64,000 bases of DNA, taken from Eledone cirrhosa. Lineage: Eukaryota. Position 1 is the stretch's first letter, and every line of letters begins with the position of its first letter. A program made the translations under genes and the position numbers. Below the pieces are notes generated by a model. That model ran no database searches. It worked only from the letters and a program-made list of their open reading frames with translations, and was not told the DNA's origin. The stretch spans positions 318,680,001-318,744,000 of the forward strand of contig OZ024742.1 of assembly GCA_964016885.1 (NCBI GenBank). The letters are read 5' to 3'. This document shows positions 36,201-50,800 of this stretch, piece after piece.

Positions 36201-39200
36201 CGTGATGGGTGTGATGGTTAACGTGATGGGTGTGATGGTTAGTGTGTTGTGTGTGCTGGTATAGTGATGGTTAACGTGATGGGTGTGATGGTTAGCGTGT
36301 TGTGTGTGATGATATAGTGATGGTTAACGTGATGGGTGTGATGTGTTTGATTATATAGTGATGGGTGTGATGGTTAGTGTGTTGTGTGTGATGGTATAGT
36401 GATGGTTAACGTAATGGGTGTGATGGTTAGTGTGTTGTGTGTGATGGTATAGTAATGGTTAACGTGATTGGTATGATGGTTAGTGTGATGGTATAGTGAT
36501 GAGTGTGATGGTTAGTGTGTTGTGTGTGATGGTATAGTGATGGTTAATGTGATGGTTAATGTGATGGGTGTGATGGTTAGTGTGATGTGTGTGATGGTTA
36601 GTGTGTTGTGTGTGATGGTATAGTGATGGTTAATGTGATGGGTGTGATGGTTAGTGTGATGTGTGTGATGGTTAACGTGATGGGTGTGATGGTTCGTGTG
36701 ATGTGTATGATGGTTAGCATGTTGTGTGTGATGGTATAGTGATGGTTAATGTGATGGGTGTGATGGTTAGTGTGTTGTGTGTGATGGTTAGTGTGTTGTG
36801 TATGATGGTATAGTGATGGTTAACGTGATGGGTGTGATGGTTAGTGTGATGTGTGGGATGGTTAGTGTCTTGTGTGTGATGGTATAGTGATGGTTAACGT
36901 GATGGCTGTGATGCTTAGTGTGTTATGTTTGATGGTATAGTGATGGTTAACGTGATGGGTGTGATGGTTAGTGTGATGTGTGTGACGGTATAGTGATGGT
37001 TAACGTGATGGGTGTGATGGTATGGTGATGATTAATGTGATGGGTGTGATGGTTAATGTGATGGATGTGATGGTTAGCGTGTTGTGTGTGATGGTTAGCG
37101 TGTTGTGTGTGAGCGTGATGGTTAGTGTGTTGTGTGTAATTGTTAACGTGATGGGTGTGATGGTTAGCGTGATGGTTAATGTGTTCTGTGTGATGGTATA
37201 GTGATGGTTAACGTTATCGTTAGCGTGATGAGTGTGATGGTTAGCGTGATGAGTGTGATGGTCAGTGTATTGTGTGTGATGGTTAGTGTGTTTTGTGTGA
37301 TGGTTAGCATGATGGGTGTGATGGTATAGTGTGTTGTGCGTGATGGTTAGTGTGTTGTGTGTGATGGTTAGTGTGTTGTGTGTGATGGTTAGCGTGGTGT
37401 GTATGTTAGTGTGACGTGTGTTTGTTAGTGACGCGTGTATGTTAGTGTGACATGTTTGTTAGTGTGACATGTGTTTGTTAGTGTGACGTGTGTATGTTAG
37501 TGTGGCTTGTGTATGTTAGTGTGACGTGTCTGGGTTAGTGTGACATGGGTATGTTAATGTGACGCGTGTATGTTAGTGTGACGCGTGTATGTTAGTGTGA
37601 CGCGTGTATGTTAGTGTGACGTGTGTATGTTAGTGTAACACGTGTATGTTAGTGTGACATGTCTGAGTTAGTGTGACATGTGTGTTAGTGTGGCGCGTTT
37701 GTTAGTGTGACATGTGTATGTTAGTGTGATATGTGTATGTTAGTGTGACGTGTATGTTAGTGTGTATGTTAGTGTGACGTGTGTATGTTAGTGTGACGCG
37801 TGTTTGTTAGCGTGATGTGTGTTTGTTAGTGTGACGTGTGTATGTTAGTGTGATGTGTGTATGTTAGTGTGACACGTGTATGTTAGTGTAACACGTGTAT
37901 GTTAGTGTGACATGTTTGTTAGTGACGTGTATATGCTAGTGTGACGTGTGAATGTTAGTGTGACGTGTGTATGTTAGTGTGACGTGTGTATGTTAGTGTG
38001 ACGTGTGTATGTTAGTGTGACACATGTATGTTAGTGTGACACATGTATGTTAGTGTGACGCGTGTATGTTAGTGTGACGCGTGTATGTTAGTGTGACGTG
38101 TGTATGTTAGTGTGACGCGTGTATGTTAGTGTGACGCGTGTATGTTAGTGTGACGCGTGTATGTTAGTGTGATGCGTGTATGTTAGTGTGATGCGTGTAT
38201 GTTAGTGTGATGCATGTATGTTAGTGTGATGGTGTGTGTATGCTAGTTTAATATGTGTTTATACTAGTTTAATGTGTGTGAATGCTAGTTTAATGTATAT
38301 GTGAATGCTAGTTTAATGTATATGTGAATGCTAGTTTAATGTATATGTGAATGCTAGTTTAATGTGTGTGAATGCTAGTTTAATGTATATGTGAATGCTA
38401 GTTTAATGTGTATTTATTAATATTATTGTCTTACCTGAACATTGGGAGGAACTGTTATTATTTTCCTTTTCCAATATAAACAGAGCATCACTAAATTGGT
38501 GATTGATAACAACATCGTTCTAAAGTGAAAGGAGGAAAGAATAAAAGGAAAAAAAAAGAAATGTGAGGGAATAGGAAAATAAATAAATATAAACAAATAG
38601 AATTATCAATTTAGGTAATAAATTGGTAGAAACATTTAAGACTTTAAGACACTAGAGTTCACTATGTGATTGGCATGGTAGGGACCTGTAACTCCCAAGG
38701 GAATCATAAGGGCGCCATATTAACATACGTCATTTCTTAGGGCTGTTTTAAATCTGGTGTAGACCATTCCCTCTCCAGGCCTGAGTACGGCAGATTTCTT
38801 CCAGAGGAGGATAGAGAATGAGAAAAGGGAAGTGAGAAAGAGATATAGAGGAAGAATCAACCTCAGTACTAGACTGGTACTTATTTTATTGTCTTTGAAT
38901 GGATGAAAATCAAAGTTGACTTTGATAGGATTTGAACTTAGAGAGCCCTCTATTTCACATTCTAATGATTGTCAATTTGCTGTCTATTGGAATATGTATT
39001 CTATATTGACCATATTTATTATGATTCAGTTATCTTGTTGAGGGGGAACAGGATCTCCATACAGCTTACATGCATAACAAGTCTTTGATATCCAAATGGG
39101 TAAAAGGTAACAGCAGTAGTGTACCTAGGAATCATAATCTGAATGCAGTCTGGTTCCCTAAGAGTGTAAGAAGTTAAGGACCAAAACACATACATGAGGG

Positions 39201-42200
39201 GAGCTTCTTCCTTGAAAACTTTCTGCTGTCAAGCTCTCTTAAGAGTTTCTTAACACTTGATATTGTCACTGAATCCAGTATAATGAAATTGGGACAATGT
39301 CAACAAAGAAGCAACTGAAAAACAAAAGATAAATTTTTTTTTTACACTTACCTCACCATAGTCACATATAAATTGGTCTTTGGGAGTTTGTAGGATTCTA
39401 AATGGGTTACACCAGTAAAAATTAATGGTAGGATAAGGTTTGAGGCTGACATACATATGGGAACAGCAAAGTTTTTCAGTATTTCATTTATGGCCTGAAT
39501 GTATTAAAATAGATGAATTGAAAGATAAATAACAATGGTAAATATTAGTATGAGTTGAAGATAGGGGCAACAATAAGGAACAAGAATATGAAATATATAA
39601 CGTCTTCATGCAGTACTGGTATGTCTTTATACTTTTTAGAGGTAAAAATTTGGTCGTAATTATTTTGAAGTATTTACATCTGCATCTACGAATTGATATT
39701 TCTCAGTTTCAGAAGATCACATTTTAGGGTGGAAGCAGAAAGAAATTGTTTGCCTTAACTTTTAATCTGTCCTAATAATTGATATATATATATATATTAT
39801 ATATATATATATATATATATCTTCATCATTTTTACATCCATTTTTTCCATGCTTGCATGGGTCCTTCTCAGCATATCATCGCTTCACTTGCTGTGTTTCT
39901 TTGTCATCTCCTCTGTCAGTCTCAGTGATCTGAGGTCAACTGAATGGACCTAAAATAAAAGGTGTTCCAGCCAAGACCATCTTGTCTTTTTTGGAGCAGT
40001 TTTATTTAGGACTACCTTATCTAATGTTCTTTCATTTTAAAGACATTATGGAGTGATTTGAAGTTGATTTTTTTGTTATTTCTAGTAGGTGTAGAAAAAT
40101 ACATGAAAATGATGATGACAACATACTTTCTCCTTAAGAGTTGTGGAGAGTTGATAGACAAAATATCCACTGCCACTAATCATGCCGAGGACCAGGATAT
40201 GACTGAGAAGCCGTAAGAAGAATATTTTCATTTTACTGGAAAAACTGTTGGCTTCATCCTCATCTTTGAACCCAGATAGATGTTCCTGCAAAGTAGAAAA
40301 ATGTTTCAATAAATTATTGTTTTCTAAAATCTGGTTCTTGATAGCTCATTCTAGAACGTTTACCAATTCTTTCTCAAACTTTTATTGGTTCATTGTAACG
40401 CCTTTATAGAATGATGATTTTGTATTATGATTAATTGTTATCATGTAGTCCTACACAAATGTGTGTAGAATCATAATTAAGTGTTATAATCTAGTTCTAG
40501 ATGGATGTCATCATCATCATCATTTCATTTTACGTCCGCTTTTTCCCTGCTTGCAAGGGTGGGACGTGAACTGATTCTGGCTTGATTTCTACAGCTGGAT
40601 GCCCTTCCTAACACCAACCTCATTTACATTGAGTGCTGGGTGCTTTTTTTTGCCATGGCACCTCCACAACCACTTTGCAGTGGAATGATAGGGACCCCAG
40701 TCCCTATCATCTCATTTCTACAGCTGAGTAAACTGGAGCAATGTGAAGTAAAGTGTCTTGCTCAAGGAAACAACACATCACCCGGTCTGAGAATCGAACT
40801 CACAACCTTTTGATTGCAAGGCCAATGCTCTAACCACTAAGCCATGTGCCTCCACATGGAGTAATCAAAGGAAGTGTAACATGAAAGCGTGTAGAATTAT
40901 AGTAAGTGTTACAGTGTAATTCTACATGAATGTGTGTAGAATTATAGTGTTACAGTGTAGTTCTACATCAATATGTGTAGTATCAAAGTAAGTGTAATAT
41001 AAATGTGTTCAGATTGAAATAATACAATGTAAAAGATTAATTACAGTAAGGAGGATATACATACATTTGTATAAATGAAATATGTTAATTATTCCTTTAC
41101 CATATTTCGTATAAAATACACTGTATTTGAGTTAGTTAATAGAGAATTTTAAGGAATTTACTAAAATGATCAAATAATGAATTATCATGATAGTATTTGT
41201 AACATAATTTAACAAAAGATTCTTATATCAAATTATGTTGGGAGATGTTAATTTAAATAAGAACCCTTTAAATTAAGTGATTCTATTTCATAGAACCAAA
41301 CGAATAGATGTCTGTTAGATTAATGGAAAAACCTGCTTGTGAAATTGACGTGCAAATGTCTGAGTATTTCACAGACACATGTACCTTTAACACAATTCTC
41401 AGGGGATTAATCACGACAGTGTGTGACAAGGCTGGTCCTTTGAATTACAGGTACAAATATTTTTTTTCAGATGAGTGAACTAGAGCAGCATAAAGTGTCT
41501 TGCTCAAGGACACAGTACACCACAGAGAAGGGAACCCATGATATTGCAATCTTTAGCCAAACACCCAAACTTGTACACATGTACAGGCAAGTGTACACAC
41601 ACATACACACATAGGAGCATGAACATACATGCACACTTATTAAAACAGAGACAGGTAGATAGTACTGACCTTGATTTCATTTAAGATGCTCCTGTGGCGC
41701 AGAGCTGAAGTATCTCTTGACATCACGTTATAATCCCACATGGTGAAAATCTTTGTCACAAAGTAATAATCAGATTCTGTGGCTGCACCTATATAGTTCA
41801 CCTTGTATGACTGAGCAATGCTAATAATAACATCAATAATAACTTGATATAAACATTAAAAACAATACTTAACAACATAATAATAACAATCATTATTTAA
41901 GCCTTCTTTCTAATAAAATACACTCCATTTGAATTAATTAATGAATAATTTGGATAGATTTACTAAAGTATTAATTATTTCTTTACTATATGGTTCTCAC
42001 CGGAGTGAAGGACCCCCAAGGGGGGAAAAGATAGATGGGCTGGCCATGTCTCTTGTTTCAGAGACAACAGGTAGACTATTAGAGTGACAGAGTGGACACC
42101 ATGGCAGTGGAGAAGAACTAGAGGGTGACCAATGACAACATGGCATTGGGAAAGGGATAGTATATTGTTCTCTAAAACCATTGTGTAAAGATTTGTTCTT

Positions 42201-45200
42201 CAGTGGTACACTAATAATGAATAGGATTACAGAACTCTCAGAGATTGGTGGAAAATTGGCAGAATCTGATGAGATTTTGCATTCAAATCGTGTTTTGCAT
42301 TCAAATCCCGCTGTAGTCAACTTTGTTGTTCATCCTCCAGAGGTAGATAAATAAAGTAGGAGTCTAGTGAAGGCATGAGGCCTAGTGGTTAGAGTGTTGG
42401 ACATACTTCGTGGATTTGATTTCTGGACTGGGTCATGTGTTGTGTTATTGAACAAAACACTTTCTTTCATGTTGCTCCAGTACACTCTACTGAAAACGAG
42501 CATCAGCAGTAGTTCGGGGCTTAACTGTGTGATGGACTGGTATCCATTCCAGGGGAAAAGGCTTGTACTCTCAGTTGCCTAACACCAAGGAAACCTGGAT
42601 AAGCACTGGCCTACTGATTCTCGAGACTTGAGATAGATTTAAGACTTTTAGAGTCTAGAATAATGGGTTAATAGACGTGTTAAAGTGTTGGAAAGAGTGC
42701 TTTGTGATATTTTTTCCAGCTCTTGGTATTCTGAGTACAAATCATGTTATGGACAACTTGGGAAGTAAACTTAATCCATTGCCTGGTTCAAAACCACCAT
42801 CTGGTACTTAGTTACCTTTAGCAGGTGCCACTTTGTTGCAGGCATTTGGGCCAGGCTTCTGGTTTAAGGATACCTTCCCCATTCACTTTACCAATCCCAG
42901 GGACCCATAAAAATATAGGGTCATGCATGCTGTGCTTCCACCTAAGAGAAAAAAATAACAACATAAAACTGCCACTACATTATACTCAGTATAAATAATA
43001 ATTGCTTCTACTTTTGGCACAAGGCCAGCAATTACCCCAGTGTATTACTGGTACTTTATTTTATCGACCCCGTAAGGATGAAAGGCAAAGTTAACCTTGG
43101 CGGGCTTTGAACTCAGACCATAAAGAGCCGTAACTCTTTTCTACAAAGCATGGCGTCCGACCCTCTACTGATACTACCAAACAACATTGTCATTTAATGT
43201 CCATTTTTCCACACTTGCATGGGTTACATGGGTTGTCTCATAATATGGCAATGGTTTCTAATTTAGGCACACGGCCAACAATGAAGGTTGGAGGGGGGGG
43301 GGGATTAAATTGGCCCAGTTCTTGATTGCTATTTTATTTTATGGATTTCAAGAAGATGAAAGGCAGAATTGACTTGGGGAGAATGAAAAAAAGCCAGAAC
43401 AATTACTTCAAAAGCATTTGTCTAATTCTCTCTCACATCTACCACTCCAGCACCCAATAATAATAATGATTTCTACTATAGGCACAAGGCCAGCAATGTT
43501 TTGGGGGAGGGGAAAGTCGATCAAATCGACCCCAGTGCATTACTGGTATTTTATTTTATCGACCCTGTAAGGATGAAAGGCAAAGTTAACCTCGGCAGGA
43601 TTTGAACTCAGAGCATAAAGGACCTTAACTATATGCCATAAAACATGTTGTCCGACGCTCTACCTGCCAATTCACCGCCCTAATAATAATTATAATGGTT
43701 TTTGATTTAGGCACAAGGCCAGCAATTTTTTAGGATGGGAAAGTCGATTAAATCGACCCCAGTGCATTACTGGTACTTTATTTGACACTGTACGGATGAA
43801 AGGCAAAGCTAACCTTGGGAGGATTTGAACCCAGAATGTAAAGGGCCGTAACTATATGCTGCAAACCATGGTGTCTGACACTCTACCGATACTACTACTA
43901 ATAATAAAAAAAAAAATTCTACCAATCCTAATCTCAATGTCTGATGTCATGTTACACGAAGGGAGATAACTCTAAATTTTATTGAAATAACATACTAACG
44001 AGAGAGAGAGGGGGGGGGGGAGAGGGGGGAGAGGAGAGAGAGGGGGGAGAGAGAGAGAGAGAAATAAAATATTCTTACCTGTAAAACAATGCAGATAAGA
44101 TGAATAAATAATTGACTAAACTACCATAGAAATAGGCATATGGCATGTAATATGGTGTGTCTGAAGTGAGTATTATAGTGTTATTGGTGTAGAAACCATA
44201 GTACATCTCTGTATTAGACATCCAGCCCTGGATAGTAGAGAGAGATAGATAGGGAGATTGAGCAAGTGAGATGGAATGTTGATGAGAAATAGTGAAAATC
44301 AGATATCTCCCAACATCCGCCTTCCTTTCCCCCTCAACTACCACCCCATCACCCTACATCTCCGGCGACATATCCTCCTTTGTTTCCGCATCCTCTCTTC
44401 TGACCCCATTATTTCTCACTTCTTTCCAAACCCACCCATCACCTCGTTTAAGTACCCCCCGCTAATCTCCACGACCTTCTGGTACATAGTTCCTTCCCTT
44501 CTCGGACTCCACATGGTTGTTGCCCCTGTTCTCATCCCCATTGTAACACCTCTTCTTTCATTTCTAACCTCACCACTCTCACAGTTCATTCTGTATCCAC
44601 AGCTCCTTTGTGTGTGCATCCAACCACATTGTCTATGCCCTCTGGTGTTCCTTTTGAGGGTCCTTATACATCGGACAAACAGGCTGCCATTTGGTGAACC
44701 ATTTTGCTGAACACTTGAGGGACATATGACGTGGCATGGATACCCCTGTCGCTCATCATTTTCATTCCCCAGGCCACTCATTGCTACATGTTACATGTCT
44801 CAGTCCTTGGTGTCTTTTTATATCATGGATCACAGGCCTCGCGCACCTGGACTGAGCAGAGTCTGATTTTCTGCCTTGGGTCCCGTTTCCCCAATTGACT
44901 CAACTCGCCTCCCCAATTTCTTTAATCGTACACACATGCTTGTGCTTACCTCTCTACCCCTAGCCACCCTTACTCCGTCCATTGGCACACATGAACGCAT
45001 ACATTCACCCCCTAGGTTTCTATGGCTCTGTTATGGTCTGAAACACACACACAGCTTATACAGACCAACAAAAAACAACACACACACACATCTTCTTAGC
45101 TTCATGTGGACCTATACAAACATGTACCACACACATGTATATGCATGCACACATGTACAGCTCTATATATCAAATACTTTTTTTTTTTTCAGATAGATGC

Positions 45201-47780
45201 ACTTGATCACCACCTTTTAAAATAGGACTATCTTACACAATATGCCAGCATCAACAGTTTTCCTAGAGATGGTGACATGAATGGACTTATAATTTTTCTC
45301 TAAGAAATTTTTTTTTTCCATCATTGGTTGTCACCCCAACCTTTCTATTTCTTCTTTAATTTTTCATTCTATTTTCTGATGAAGGACTAGTGTTTGAAAC
45401 ATTATGACTTTTCCTACTATATCGAATGTAAAACTAATAATATATTTCTTATAAAACTAATAATATATTTCTTCATTGTACTGTGTCATTTGCTTTGTTA
45501 TTTCTGTTTGCGTTTTACACATACATATCATCATTGTTTAACGTTCATTTTCAATGTTAGCAGCCCCATGGATTTTGTCTATACCATGCTAGCATGGTTT
45601 AGCATGGTTTAGACAAGTTGTCCCATTTGAAACAAATCAAATCAGGTGACCATGTCTTGCTCATACAGAACTGTTTCTGGTCTGGTTTCTATGGCTGGAT
45701 GCCTTTCCTAACGTCAACCTTATATATAAGCTTCCATACAGTTCCCATCAATCAAATTCACTCACAAGGCATTGATTGAATGCTTTTCAGCCCCATGCAT
45801 TTTGTCTATTATATTCCTTTGTTATATTTCGAATACCTGATGATGTCACCGGATTCATACTGAACCCGGTCATTGAAATGATCATTGTATAATAAACCTT
45901 TTAAGGAATTACACCAGTCCAGCCTCCTGTTACTTTATAATAATTAACTCCGTACTTGCACCACCAACAACACAAACGAAGACGGGTAAGTTGCATTACG
46001 TCAAGTGCTCTCCATAATATTACATCGAGGTTGACCATACGGAATGACCAGTTCTATCCAGTGGTGAACCAACAAACCTAAATAAATAATGCTCCAGGAA
46101 ATGTCGAGCACTTTCAGATGTAATAATGAACAGGGGGCCCTGGCTCCAGTGTAAAGCTATCGCCAGCATGGGACTAACTACACACCATTCGGATTTTGGC
46201 TGCATTAAGATATGTCTACTGCCCACCCGGACCTTGCATTGCTGCTTCCCTGCCGTGAATACTCAGACTACGTCAGACCTCATAGATTCTTTAAAAAAAA
46301 TCAACATATTCTACTATATTCTTGTATTATATTGACTGAATTCTCTATCCTATATTTCAGGGCTTTGGGGATTCACATTGAGTATTAAGACTCGAACCTA
46401 CTCTAGGTATCACCTCATACCTCTCCAACCCTCCATCCTCTATATGTATAACCTTGTATTCTCCAACCGTGCTATCTATTGTCCATTTACTGCACCTTGA
46501 TCTGTATTTTATTTCTTATGTATTTTGATTTCTTCGATATGTTCTTATATACTTCCATTTTACTTGCAAAAAAGAATGGGATGTTCATGGCTGGAACACA
46601 TCTGAATATAGTTCTTCTTAGTCACAACTGACCTGCTGCTAAACAACGATGTATATATGTTTTCACATGCACATCCTCACCCACAAACATGCGTACAAAT
46701 ATGTTTATACACTTACACACATACAAACATATGTAAAGACACATGCATGCAAAAGAAATATATGATATACACATAAACACACATATCTGCCTCACCTTGC
46801 CATTGAATATGTGAGCGACCTCAAATGCTGTGTTGTTTTCATATCCACGGGGTTCCATTTGTAGGAATCGGTACAGCAACTGTGGAAACACTTGGAAGCA
46901 GAATATCAGCAAGAAGGTGAAGCCATTCAAGAGGAAAAGCCACTTAAGAAAGAGGAAGTAGGAGGTGACACTACTGCCAAAGTTACCCTCTACCTTCTTT
47001 ATAGCTGATTTCCATAGACCTATGAAATAGGCCATGTTACTGAGACGCCTCTTGAATCCGGTCCATATCTGAAATACAAAAAAAAAAATGAGATGGAGAG
47101 AAATTAGAAACAGAATGATGTGGTCATCATCATCATCACTATTTAATGTCCATTTTCCAGGCTAGCATGCGTTAGACGAGTTGTCCTGTTGTCAGACAAG
47201 TCAGATCAGGTGACCGTGTCTTGCTCATACAGAACTGTTTCTGGCTTGGTTGCTATGGCTGGATGCCTTTCTTAATGTCAACCGCATTTACAGTCTGGAC
47301 TCGCTACTTTTTCAACATATAATTCAAGGAATAATTTTAGAATATATATATATAAATATATACAAAGGTTATATTTAATTTGTTGGAATTCAACAAACTT
47401 AAAAGTTTTATAACTGATATAAAGCACTCAACAGTATAGTGGAGTAAATATTCATTATATTAATAAATGGAAACTATATTTATAAAACCATAATTATTTT
47501 ATTATATATATTTCAAGGGTAACCAAGGCAAATTTTGGTGCGCTTTCATCAGATAAATACAAAATTTGTTTTATAAATGTTGACATACCTGCAGAAGAAC
47601 AACCTTGACAGTTCCAGCGAACTTCCAACCGTCAAGGTTGTTCTTCTGCGGGTATGTCAACATTTATAAAACAAATTTTGTATTTTATCTGATGAAAGCG
47701 CACCAAAATTTGCCTTGGTTGCTCTTGAAATATATATAATAAAATAATTATGGTTTTATAAATATAGTTTCCATTTATTA

Positions 47781-47843
<63 letters not shown>

Positions 47844-50800
47844 ACAGACACACACACACATATATATATATAGTAGTTTTCTTAAAGTATTGTGTAATGT
47901 GTAATAACAGTGTTTTATTAGGTTACAGCAAAGCAAAAGGGACATTAAATGTTAAAAGAATAATGATAAAGATGTTTGGATGTTATCTTGGTGCTGTTTA
48001 ATAGTCGTTATATTTTGGCATAAAATCCTTCATGAAAAGAATAATTGAATAAACTAACTTAGAGCAAGATATTCAGTATTGCTCTTATGCTGCCATTTTT
48101 TAATTTGAAAATAGTTTCCTCGGTGTATGTAAGCCAGTGATACCACTGTATCTGTGGTGTCTCACCATGCCTTACACCAGCACAATAACTTTTGTATACC
48201 CTGCCTCTTTCCAAGCCACAATTTTTAGTCACATAGTTTGACTGTATCTCAAATCCATACTCCACATCAACTGGTGCTTAACAACACTAAAAAACAACTT
48301 ACTGCTTTAATATGTGAACGGATCCATATCTTGTGTGACAAAGCATTTTCATCTGCTCTCATGGTTTCAGACAACTCTCGCCTTTCGTGGTAATGGCAGC
48401 ATTGGCACAATGGTGTATTATGAGAGAAAAAATAGAAGAGAAAGAGAAAATTTTTGTTGTTATTATTATTGCCGAGGTTAACTTTGCCTTTCATCCTTAC
48501 GGGGTCGATAAAATAAAGTACCAGTAATGCACTGGGTAATTGCTGGCCTTGTGCCAAAAGTAGAAACAATTATTATTATTATTATCATCATCATCATAAG
48601 GGCGGTGGATTGGCAGTATCGGTAGAGGGTCGGACGCCATGCTTTGACGCATAGAGTTACGGCCCTTGCCATTCTGAGTTCATATCCCGCCGAGGTTAAC
48701 TTTACCTTTCATCCTTACGGGGGTTGATAAAATAAAGTACCAGTAATGTACTGGGTATTTGCTGACCTTGTGCCAAAAGTAGAAACAATTATTATTATCA
48801 TCATCATCATCATCTGTAACACTTTTGTTCCGGCATATGTTATACCGACACATAGTGTTGATATATACATACACCAAAGGAGCGAGCCATAGCCAAAGGT
48901 CCTTTAGGTCATTCCTTCTCAAAAATATTTTGGAAAAGCCAGCTGTCTAAATAGAGTTGTTACAGTGAATAATCATTTCATGTTCGTTTTTCCATGGTTG
49001 GTTGAAGTCACTGACATGTAGCATAGAACCTGCACCACTCTTATCCAGCTTGACCAAGACACAGTGACCACCACCATAAAATGCACCCTGTCTGCTCTGT
49101 AAAATGTTGGTGCTGGTGCCACAATAAAAAAAAACAACATCTACTCCACCTTGTAAGGTGGTAGTGCTGGTGCTATGATAAAGAAAAAACACACAGTCCA
49201 CTCTGTAAGTTGGCAGTGCTGATGTCATAATAATAAAAAACAACAGCACCCAGGTCACCTTGTAATGTGATAGTGCTGGTGCTATGATAAAAAGAGCACC
49301 CAGTCCATCCTGTAAGTCAACCTTTTTGGGAGTGCGGGCCACAAGCTATGCAGTGTCTCGTCAGCAGGCCACATTGCTATGCAGTATCTCATTGGTGGAC
49401 CACATTGCTATGCAGTATCTCATTGGTGGACCACATTGCTATGCAGCGTCTCATTGGTGGGCCACATTGCTATGCAGTGTCTCATTGGCAGGCCACATTG
49501 CTATGCAGTGTCTCATTGGTGGACCACATTGCTATGCAGTGTCTCGTTGGTGGACCACATTGCTAATGCAGTGTCTCGTTGGTGGGCCACATAGCTATGC
49601 AGTGTCTCGTTGGTGGGCCACATAGCTATGCAGTGTCTTATTGGTGGGCCACATTGCTATGCAGTGTCTCATTGGTGGGCCACATTGCTATGCAGTGTCT
49701 CATTGGTGGGCCACATAGCTATGCAGTGTCTCATTGGCAGGCCACATTGCTATGCAGTGTCTCATTGGTGGACCACATTGTTATGCAGTGTCTCATTGGT
49801 GGACCACATTGCTATGCAGTGTCTCATTGGTGGACCACATTGCTATGCAGTGTCTCATTGGTGGACCACATTGCTATGCAGTGTCTCATTGGTGGACCAC
49901 ATTGCTATGCAGTGTCTCATTGGTGGACCACATTGCTATGCAGTGTCTCGTTGGTGGGCCACATTGCTATGCAGTATCTCATTGGCGAGTCACATTGCTA
50001 TGCAGTGTCTCATTGGTGGGCCACATAGCTATGCATTGTCTCATTGGTGGGCCACATAGCTATGCATTGTCTCATTGGTGGGCCACATAGCTATGCAGTG
50101 TCTCATTGGCAGGCCACATTGCTATGCAGTGTCTCATTGGTGGGCCACATTGCTATGCAGTGTCTCATTAGTGGGCCACATTGCTATGCAGTGTCTCATT
50201 GGTGGGCCACATTGCTATGCAGTGTCTCATTGGTGGGCCACATTGTTATGCAGTGTCTCATTGGTGGACCACATTGCTATGCAGTGTCTCATTGGTGGAC
50301 CACATTGCTATGCAGTGTCTCATTGGTGGACCACATTGCTATGCAGTGTCTCATTGGTGGACCACATTGCTATGCAGTGTCTCATTGGTGGACCACATTG
50401 CTATGCAGTGTCTCATTGGTGGACCACATTGCTATGCAGTGTCTCGTTGGTGGGCCACATTGCTATGCAGTATCTCATTGGCGAGTCACATTGCTATGCA
50501 GTGTCTCATTGGTGGGCCACATAGCTATGCATTGTCTCATTGGTGGGCCACATAGCTATGCATTGTCTCATTGGTGGGCCACATAGCTATGCAGTGTCTC
50601 ATTGGCAGGCCACATTGCTATGCAGTGTCTCATTGGTGGGCCACATTGCTATGCAGTGTCTCATTAGTGGGCCACATTGCTATGCAGTGTCTCATTGGTG
50701 GGCCACATTGTTATGCAGTGTCTCATTGGTGGGCCACATAGCTATGCAGTGTCTCGTTGGTGGGCCACATAGCTCTGCAGGGTCTCGTTGGCGGGCCACA

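Larger units (their letters stand above)
47454..47787. mobile_element. 334-bp fold-back element with a hammerhead ribozyme in each arm
   Basis: Near-perfect ~160-bp inverted arms around a short loop at ~47614-47627, abutting (TA)n. Confidence 0.85.

Noticed and set aside
40780-40855. tRNA-like sequence (also 15710-15784)
   Set aside because: It is the head of a SINE continuing into body and LINE tail, not a tRNA gene.
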